The notes under the pieces are model-generated. The model was not told the DNA's origin. It did no database searches and was given only the letters and a program-made list of their open reading frames with translations. Made by a program: the position numbers and the translations under genes. From Patescibacteria group bacterium (GTDB lineage: Bacteria; Patescibacteriota; Patescibacteriia; Magasanikbacterales; GWA2-37-8), in the NCBI GenBank assembly GCA_004321885.1, contig SCQK01000007.1, positions 128,001-192,000 of the forward strand: DNA of 64,000 nt, written 5' to 3'. This document shows, piece by piece, positions 58,367 to 64,000 of the stretch (position 1 is its first letter; each line of letters begins with the position of its first letter).

Positions 58367-58437
58367 GCCCTCGGCGCGAATCGAACGCGCATCACCAGCT
58401 TCGGAGGCTAGTGTCCTATCCATTGAACGACGAGGAC
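58367..58437 (-). tRNA. tRNA-Arg (anticodon CCG)
   Basis: Reverse complement GTCCTCG-TC-GTTC-AATGGATAG-GACA-CTAGC-CTCCGAA-GCTGG-TGAT-GCGCG-TTCGATT-CGCGC-CGAGGGC-A. Confidence 0.85.
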
Positions 58438-59432
58438 TAAAATATCCGGCGCAATTTTCTTAACCAGCCGTATACCTTACACTTTTTTTTATTAATAATC
58501 AAGTCAAAAGTGCCCGGGGCTTCTTTGTAGGCGCCGCCAAAACCGAGTTTGAAACGAGTGACACCGGCGTATTGGTGGCGCGGTTCACCTTGCGGCGCGA
58601 TACCGAAAAAATCATAAAACTTGTAGCCCAGCTTTTTTCCCAACTTAATTCCTTCCCATTGCAATAGATACGGGGCCATCAAATGGCGGCACGCGTAATC
58701 GGACGCGCCGTACAGATAAGTAAAGGTGCCACCAAACCCGACAAACACCGCCGAAGCTACGGGCGCGTTTTCGTGATAAGCCGTGAGCTGATAGACAAAA
58801 TCTGAACTGATGACTTTTTTGTAATGCTCCTCCGGGTGGGTCTTGAAATTATCCCGCTTGGCCGTCTCTTTTTCCAATTTGATAAAAACATCCGCGTTCT
58901 TTTCGTTGGCGATTCGCAAATTTTTTCGCGCCGCCAAATTTATATTGTAGCGCGTTTTTTGACCCATGCCGGCAAGCAGTTCATCCTCGGACTTGATTAA
59001 GTCCAAAATCAACGTGGCGCGAGGGGTGATGTCTATTGTCTTGTTCGCCCCCTCCGGAACCTGTTCCGGTTCAACGCGGAAAAACACGCACTTTTTGGAT
59101 TTCAGATAATCAATCAAAGTCTTATATGTTTCGTCAAGGGATTCTTCGCTTCGCTCAGAATGACAATTGGAAATTGGAAATGCTTCACTTCGTTCAGAAA
59201 AAGGGAAATTGGAAATTCCAACAGGTCCTTTGGGGCAAAAGGCGTATTTCCAGCCAAACGGCAAATCAACGTACACAATCTGGGCCCAAGCCAAAACAGC
59301 GCCGTTTTCCTCTATTTCCAAACGCTCAACTTTTTTGCCCTCGGCAATCAAAATATCACCCCATTCCCATGATTGGGAAAAAGGCAGATTTTGAGGCCAA
59401 TTCGCGCTATTTTCCACGACTCTCATCTGCAT
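58437..59432 (-). CDS. FemAB-family peptidoglycan interpeptide-bridge aminoacyltransferase
   Basis: FemAB-like fold signature ...YKFYDFFGI...FKLGFGG at the C-terminus. It contains in-frame family B/C insertions (59138-59220). Confidence 0.7.
   Translation of the reverse strand: MQMRVVENSANWPQNLPFSQSWEWGDILIAEGKKVERLEIEENGAVLAWAQIVYVDLPFGWKYAFCPKGPVGISNFPFSERSEAFPISNCHSERSEESLDETYKTLIDYLKSKKCVFFRVEPEQVPEGANKTIDITPRATLILDLIKSEDELLAGMGQKTRYNINLAARKNLRIANEKNADVFIKLEKETAKRDNFKTHPEEHYKKVISSDFVYQLTAYHENAPVASAVFVGFGGTFTYLYGASDYACRHLMAPYLLQWEGIKLGKKLGYKFYDFFGIAPQGEPRHQYAGVTRFKLGFGGAYKEAPGTFDLIINKKKCKVYGWLRKLRRIF
59138..59220. repeat. composite insertion in the femAB-like gene: a family C half element (59138-59165) plus family B heptamer arrays (59164-59220); encodes ...NFPFSERSEAFPISNCHSERSEE
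   Basis: gggattcttcgcttcgctcagaatgacaattggaaattggaaatg...gggaaattggaaattcc. Confidence 0.8.
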
Positions 59433-59524
59433 ATTAGCCCCATTTTACCCCAACTCTCGCCAAAAAGCAATTTGAGCTCAACTACTTGCAAAAATTGAGA
59501 ATTTAATATATGATTACAAGCGTT

Positions 59525-59579
59525 TAATACCCCTCCCATGCCCCTCCCCTAAAAGGGGAGGGATGAAAAGTGGGGTTGC
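59525..59579. repeat. family A extended hairpin upstream of rpmF
   Basis: taatacccctcccatgcccctcccctaaaaggggagggatgaaaagtggggttgc. Confidence 0.85.
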
Positions 59580-59591
59580 TAATTTTATTCT

Positions 59592-59810
59592 ATGGGTCTT
59601 CCCGGACATCGCCGAACCTCTTCGGACAAACGGCGCCGCTCGGCTCATTTTGCTTTGACCGAGGTCAACGCGCAAAAATGCCCCAAATGCGGCACGGCCA
59701 TTTTGCCCCATCGTGTTTGCGCTTTTTGCGGCACATACAAAGGCCGCCAAGTGATTGACGTGAGCAAGCGCGACGTCAGAGGCAAAAGACGGGCAAAGAA
59801 AAACAAATGA
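59592..59810 (+). CDS. rpmF: 50S ribosomal protein L32 (zinc-ribbon type)
   Basis: [17 protein letters not shown]...[25 protein letters not shown]; C4 ribbon. Confidence 0.85.
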   Translation: MGLPGHRRTSSDKRRRSAHFALTEVNAQKCPKCGTAILPHRVCAFCGTYKGRQVIDVSKRDVRGKRRAKKNK

Positions 59811-59816
59811 CACAAA

Positions 59817-59848
59817 GCGTCATCCTGAACTTGTTTCAGGATCTCCAT
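59817..59848. repeat. family D hairpin GCGTCATCCTGAACTTGTTTCAGGATCTCCAT between rpmF and nusB
   Basis: Identical to 51263-51293. Confidence 0.85.
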
Positions 59849-59856
59849 TTTATTCT

Positions 59857-60282
59857 ATGTCAAACCGCCATTTAGCCAGAAGCATAGCCATGCAAGCTCT
59901 GTTTGAATGGGATTTCCGCGGGCAACCGCCGGAATTTTTGGAACAGACAATAGCGCGCGACCTGGAAGAATTCGGTCCGGGCCTTGATGAACAAAAATTC
60001 GCGGAAAAAATCACCGAGGAGGTGCAAAAACACATTGGCGAAATAGACGCCCTGATAACAAAATACGCGCCCCAGTGGCCGATTGAGCAAATCACCGTGA
60101 TTGACAGAAACGTTCTGCGCATCGGCATCTATGAATTAAAATTCGGCGAAGGCGTGCCCCCGAAAGTGGCCATCAACGAAGCGATTGAACTGGCGAAAAG
60201 TTTCGGCGGCCCGTCTTCGGGCAAATTTGTCAACGGCGTGCTGGGCGCGATTTACAACGACATGGAGAAGCCGAAAGAATAA
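59857..60282 (+). CDS. nusB: transcription antitermination factor NusB
   Basis: [14 protein letters not shown]...NGVLGAI pattern. Confidence 0.85.
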   Translation: MSNRHLARSIAMQALFEWDFRGQPPEFLEQTIARDLEEFGPGLDEQKFAEKITEEVQKHIGEIDALITKYAPQWPIEQITVIDRNVLRIGIYELKFGEGVPPKVAINEAIELAKSFGGPSSGKFVNGVLGAIYNDMEKPKE

Positions 60283-60290
60283 TTATATAT

Positions 60291-61061
60291 ATGACAAAAG
60301 CAATGACACTGCCTGAAGTGAAGGAAAAAGATTTTCCAGCTTTGGAAGAAAAACTGGGCATCAAATTCAAACACCGCGATTATTTGGCGCAGGCGTTCGT
60401 GCACCGCTCTTATTTGAACGAGCACCATGATTTTCCCCTGCATCACAACGAACGGCTGGAATTTTTAGGCGACGCGGTGCTGGAACTGGTGGTGACGGAA
60501 TTTTTGTTCAAGGAATATTCCAACCCCGAGGGCGAGCTGACCAACTGGCGCGCGGCCCTGGTCAACGCCAAAATGCTGGCCAGCATCGCCTATGAAATCG
60601 GCATGGAATCATATTTGTTTTTAAGTCACGGCGAAGCCAAAGACGCCGGCACCAAGGCGCGTGATTTTATCATGGCCAACACTATAGAAGCGCTTATTGG
60701 CGCGATTTACCTGGATAGGGGCTATGACGTAACCAGGCAATTCGTGGCGCGCTGGGTACTCGTCAAATTGCCGCATGTTTTGGAAAACGGATTATACATG
60801 GACGCCAAGAGCCGCTTCCAGGAATCGGCCCAGGAGCTGGTGGGCGTTACTCCGTCTTATCGCGTTTTGAAAGAAGAAGGGCCGGACCACAATAAATTTT
60901 TCAAGGTGGGCATTTACTTAAACGGCGAACTCGTGGCCGCGGGCGAAGGCACCAGCAAGCAGGAAGCCCAAACCGAAGCCGCCGAAGCCGCGCTCAAAAT
61001 CAAGGGCTGGAAGGGGCCGAAAATAAACGTGATGAAAAAAGAAGAAGGAGACGCGATTTGA
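60291..61061 (+). CDS. rnc: ribonuclease III
   Basis: ERLEFLGDAVLELVVTEFLF RNase III signature and a dsRBD C-terminus. Confidence 0.93.
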   Translation: MTKAMTLPEVKEKDFPALEEKLGIKFKHRDYLAQAFVHRSYLNEHHDFPLHHNERLEFLGDAVLELVVTEFLFKEYSNPEGELTNWRAALVNAKMLASIAYEIGMESYLFLSHGEAKDAGTKARDFIMANTIEALIGAIYLDRGYDVTRQFVARWVLVKLPHVLENGLYMDAKSRFQESAQELVGVTPSYRVLKEEGPDHNKFFKVGIYLNGELVAAGEGTSKQEAQTEAAEAALKIKGWKGPKINVMKKEEGDAI

Positions 61062-61078
61062 ATTTTCTTTACAAATCC

Positions 61079-61151
61079 GCGCCGCTAGCTCAGCTGGTAG
61101 AGCAGAGGACTCTTAATCCTAAGGTCCAGGGTTCGATCCCCTGGCGGCGCA
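61079..61151 (+). tRNA. tRNA-Lys (anticodon CTT)
   Basis: GCGCCGC-TA-GCTC-AGCTGGTA-GAGC-A-GAGGA-CTCTTAA-TCCTA-AGGTC-CAGGG-TTCGATC-CCCTG-GCGGCGC-A. Confidence 0.85.
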
Positions 61152-61157
61152 CAATTC

Positions 61158-61229
61158 GCCCTCGTCGTTCAATGGATAGGACACCAGGCTTCGAACCTGG
61201 TAATGTGGGTTCGATTCCTGCCGAGGGCA
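61158..61229 (+). tRNA. tRNA-Arg (anticodon TCG)
   Basis: GCCCTCG-TC-GTTC-AATGGATAG-GACA-CCAGG-CTTCGAA-CCTGG-TAAT-GTGGG-TTCGATT-CCTGC-CGAGGGC-A. Confidence 0.85.
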
Positions 61230-62003
61230 CTAAACCGTCACACTCTCTACTTTTATTCTTCCTTCCAAATAATTTTTATCATCTTTGAACGCGGCCGTTG
61301 CTTCATCCGCCAATTCGCCACTGCCCAACACAATTATTACAAACGGATTTTCTGTTGTAAATAATTCTCCAAATCCGTGATGGCCGAAAGCGATATTTAC
61401 CGCCACTTTTAATTCTTCGGTCGCGTATTCAGCCGGCAAATACGCGCGGCTGATAACAAAACCCATGGGCAAACCATCGGCAGACGGATTAAATTTTCCC
61501 GTGCCGTCAAAATACACCACACGCGCGCTGTGAAATTCGGCCGGCCGCGCCATTTCTGTCAAAGCCACATGGCGGTAGCGCGCCCCGAGTTTGTCGGCTA
61601 ATTTTTTCGCCCAATCAATCGCCAAATTATCCATTTGCTCGGATGTCGGTTCGGTTCCTTGGTTGTCGCGCTTGTAAGCGAGCCCGGCCGCGCCGCAACC
61701 TCCGTGGCTTGTGATTTCGCTCACGCCCAAATTTTTCATCAGCCCGGCTGTTTTTTTCAGCCGCTCGGCTTCGGAGCTCGCCGGAAACAAAATGCCAGAA
61801 CCGGCCATGGGGAATTTTGTCAGGCCGCCCATTTTTTTGTGCGCCACGCCTTCATCCATGCAGACAACGCACTCGTGCGTGTTCACAAAACATTTGCCCC
61901 ACTCCGGCAAATTTTTTAAATATTTTTCCGTTCCCTGTTCGTAAATTTTTCGCATTACTTCTTGTCCATTGCTCCATTCAGCTTCCAGATTCTCATTATG
62001 CAT
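61230..62003 (-). CDS. hypothetical protein with a Cys/His-rich putative metal site
   Basis: HECVVCMDEG ... SHGGCGAAG about 60 aa apart, with spacing reminiscent of beta-carbonic-anhydrase-type zinc ligands but not diagnostic. Confidence 0.4.
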   Translation of the reverse strand: MHNENLEAEWSNGQEVMRKIYEQGTEKYLKNLPEWGKCFVNTHECVVCMDEGVAHKKMGGLTKFPMAGSGILFPASSEAERLKKTAGLMKNLGVSEITSHGGCGAAGLAYKRDNQGTEPTSEQMDNLAIDWAKKLADKLGARYRHVALTEMARPAEFHSARVVYFDGTGKFNPSADGLPMGFVISRAYLPAEYATEELKVAVNIAFGHHGFGELFTTENPFVIIVLGSGELADEATAAFKDDKNYLEGRIKVESVTV

Positions 62004-62098
62004 AAAGTTGTCATTCCAATTTAATATCGCATTACGCGAAATTTAGAGATAAGCACCAACCCGCCGCGCCTATCTCCTTGGAACTTGGCAGGCAAGTG

Positions 62099-62746
62099 CT
62101 AAGCGGCGTCAGACGACTCCAACAGCCCGGGATCCGGCTCTTTTCCTTGAGGCCAGACCTCAATCTCCGGGTGCGTCTTCCTCCACTGCACCCATCCCTT
62201 GGCCCGAAGCCTCAAGAAACTATGATACCCCGAGTCATGATCGTAGAGGCCGAAGATGAGAAGCACCTTCGTCTTTCCGATGGCCAGGCGCTTCTTGATA
62301 TTCAGCTTGCCCTTGACCATCAGGTCAAGACACTGTATCAGCTTCAGCTTGTACTTTTCACAACCGCGGCAGGTGGCGTGATGACCTACAATGGTGAGGT
62401 AGTTATTTCCCTCGGTGTTCATGAACGTCCGCAGGGTTACTTCTATTACAGTATAGTACGGCCGATCGTCGTTCAGCGGGGAGAAGGGGAAAACCGCCAG
62501 GTGCGCCCCCACGAAACTGACGTTCGCCATGCCGTTCAGCGGGTCTCTTCTTCCCCGGCCAGCCAGCGAAAGGACGCGCTCATCGGCCTCTTGGTTGAAG
62601 CGGCCGCATCCGCAAGTGATGTACGCCTTGCCTGGCTCAAAGCCGTGGCCGTCCAGCCGATTAAGTACCCCGGCCGCCAACAACTGACTAATGACCTTTC
62701 GCTCCTCATCGTTGTAGCCGAATAAACTTGACTCCCTCTGTGTCAT
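62099..62746 (-). CDS. hypothetical protein, higher-GC gene (first of a 2-gene cassette); 4-Cys CGC...CRGC motif
   Basis: GC clearly above the window average; GC-rich codons; no family recognised. Confidence 0.5.
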   Translation of the reverse strand: MTQRESSLFGYNDEERKVISQLLAAGVLNRLDGHGFEPGKAYITCGCGRFNQEADERVLSLAGRGRRDPLNGMANVSFVGAHLAVFPFSPLNDDRPYYTVIEVTLRTFMNTEGNNYLTIVGHHATCRGCEKYKLKLIQCLDLMVKGKLNIKKRLAIGKTKVLLIFGLYDHDSGYHSFLRLRAKGWVQWRKTHPEIEVWPQGKEPDPGLLESSDAA

Positions 62747-62897
62747 CTGTGTAACCTCCTTGGTTAGGAAGGTGCGTTTGTTGATTGATAATATGATATT
62801 GTATTGATTTTAACTAAAAAAGTCAAAAAAAGAAGGCCCGACCGCAAAAGCTGAAAAACTTGCGGCGGACCTTGAAAGGACAAATAAAGCAGACAGC

Positions 62898-63464
62898 CTA
62901 CTGTGGACGGACGAGCTGCATGCGGCGGAACTCGCGCCACTTCTTACCGGAGAGGAAATACGTTCTCTTATCCTCTTCCGCTCCAGTCCAGTCCACATGA
63001 AGCTTGCACCTCACGCGGAGGCCGTGGTTGATCTCATCCTTGATCTCATCCTTGACGCCGACTATCCAGTCGACGATGGTGATGACGTCCAGCCCCCAGG
63101 CATCAGCTTTCCCACAGGGGACATGAGCAATGAGGACCACGGTGTCAATCTCCTTGAGCTCCCGCGACTCGCGAATCTCCTCGAACAACATGTTGCCCTT
63201 CTCGCGACCGGCGGGATCCGGGCACTTGCGGTTCATCAGCAGAGGACCGCCGTTGATGGCGTGTAGGTGCGGCCGGGGCCGGCAGACACGCTCAATATAC
63301 TTCATCTGATCGAGCGCCTGATCGCCATCGCCGCAGAGCACCACGATCGCCCCGCCGCTGACATCCAACAATTTCGGCTCGACGTCCAGGAAAAAACCCT
63401 CTTCGCGCAGAACTGCCAGATCGTGCAACTCCTTCTCGGTAAGCTTACGGGCGTGTTTTCCCAC
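62898..63464 (-). CDS. hypothetical protein, higher-GC gene (second of the cassette)
   Basis: IVVLCGDGDQ ... VVLIAHVPCG motifs; no family recognised. A 420-nt AT-rich leader lies upstream. Confidence 0.5.
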   Translation of the reverse strand: MGKHARKLTEKELHDLAVLREEGFFLDVEPKLLDVSGGAIVVLCGDGDQALDQMKYIERVCRPRPHLHAINGGPLLMNRKCPDPAGREKGNMLFEEIRESRELKEIDTVVLIAHVPCGKADAWGLDVITIVDWIVGVKDEIKDEINHGLRVRCKLHVDWTGAEEDKRTYFLSGKKWREFRRMQLVRPQ

Positions 63465-63838
63465 TTGCGTCTCCTTTTGGCGTAGGTAGTTGAGGGAAAG
63501 AGCGCTTCAAATTTTGAAACACTCGGTTTCATAATTTGCGAACATCATTTTACTCCGCTTCTCAAAAAAAATCAAGGGTCGTTCTTTTTTGAAAAACAAT
63601 TTTTTACAGACTGCTTGCGGGGTCGCATGACCCTGTGCATAACTTTTCCTAAAACTATTTTCATTCCGAAAAAAAAGTTTTATAATATATGCAGGTCGAG
63701 AAGAAAAATTTTACGTTGATGCTTGTCATGTAAAATTTCTTCAAAAATTTTTGCCGCGCTCATCAGATGGGAACTTACCCTAGGGGGCTCTCACGAGGAT
63801 GAACGCCCAAAAATTATCTTACTCTCTATTCCAGACCT

Positions 63839-63864
63839 GTATCCCGACTAAGTCGGGATGACAG
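63839..63864. repeat. family C hairpin GTATCCCGACTAAGTCGGGATGACAG
   Basis: ATGACA terminus and a perfect hairpin. Confidence 0.75.
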
Positions 63865-63893
63865 TGCGCTGGGACAGAAAGGGGGTGTCTATT

Positions 63894-63941
63894 ATGGCCA
63901 AGAAGAAAGCCAAGAAGAAGGGCGGTAAGAAGCGAAAATAG
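63894..63941 (+). CDS. candidate 15-aa Lys-rich small protein MAKKKAKKKGGKKRK
   Basis: SD-like AAAGGGGGTG 7 nt upstream of the ATG and an intrinsic terminator 10 nt after the stop. Confidence 0.35.
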   Translation: MAKKKAKKKGGKKRK

Positions 63942-63951
63942 TTTGGTAACT

Positions 63952-63987
63952 AAAACCTCCCGGCTTAGCCGGGAGGTTTTGTTTTTT
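63952..63987 (+). terminator. rho-independent terminator
   Basis: aaaaCCTCCCGGC-ttag-CCGGGAGGttttgtttttt. Confidence 0.75.
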
Positions 63988-64000
63988 AGAATAATCGCGA

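Overview
This 64 kb window is chromosomal DNA from a small-genome bacterium. The composition (about 45-50% GC), weak Shine-Dalgarno use, short genes and gene content suggest a Candidate Phyla Radiation / Patescibacteria-like organism; this is inference. Most of the window is housekeeping genes: dnaE, pheS/pheT, rseP, clpC, radA, recG, der, pth, dprA, folC, topA, rel, parA/parB, sod, rpsA, gyrA, rpmF, nusB and rnc, plus 8 tRNA genes.

Five things stand out.

1. A tRNA(CAU) gene whose two halves (3256-3290 and 3403-3441) are separated by a 112-nt insert. The insert has 18-bp perfect inverted-repeat arms and carries a second, complete tRNA(CAU) gene. The whole structure lies directly upstream of tsaD.

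2. At least five families of small palindromic, MITE-like repeats. Family A has a CCCCTCCCC-TTATAA-GGGGAGGGG hairpin. Family B is a (GGAAATT)n heptamer array. Families C and D are hairpins ending TGTCAT...ATGACA. Family E is GGCTCCATAG...TGGAGCC. They are scattered through intergenic DNA and are also inserted in-frame into conserved genes (tsaD, radA, recG, clpC, a phosphomannomutase-like gene, folC, a femAB-like gene and an anti-sigma gene). This resembles Rickettsia palindromic elements. One element is nested inside another within recG.

3. A 391-aa intein with an HNH homing-endonuclease domain, inserted in gyrA between GNFG and SMDGD.

4. A higher-GC two-gene cassette of unknown function (62099-63464). 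It is bounded by TGTCAT-type repeat fragments and a 420-nt AT-rich leader, and next to it is a tiny Lys-rich ORF with its own SD and terminator.

5. A surface/secretion module: a TolB-like protein, a DsbA-like protein, and a secreted protein with a pilin-like TM hairpin and a C-terminal CHAP/NlpC-like Cys-His domain.

Other items: an ECF sigma/anti-sigma operon with a perfect palindromic operator candidate; a duplicated radA 5' fragment; six near-identical 141-bp tandem repeats encoding NHL blades; and a CGN-decoding arginine tRNA set (GCG, CCG, UCG anticodons) that would not need inosine.
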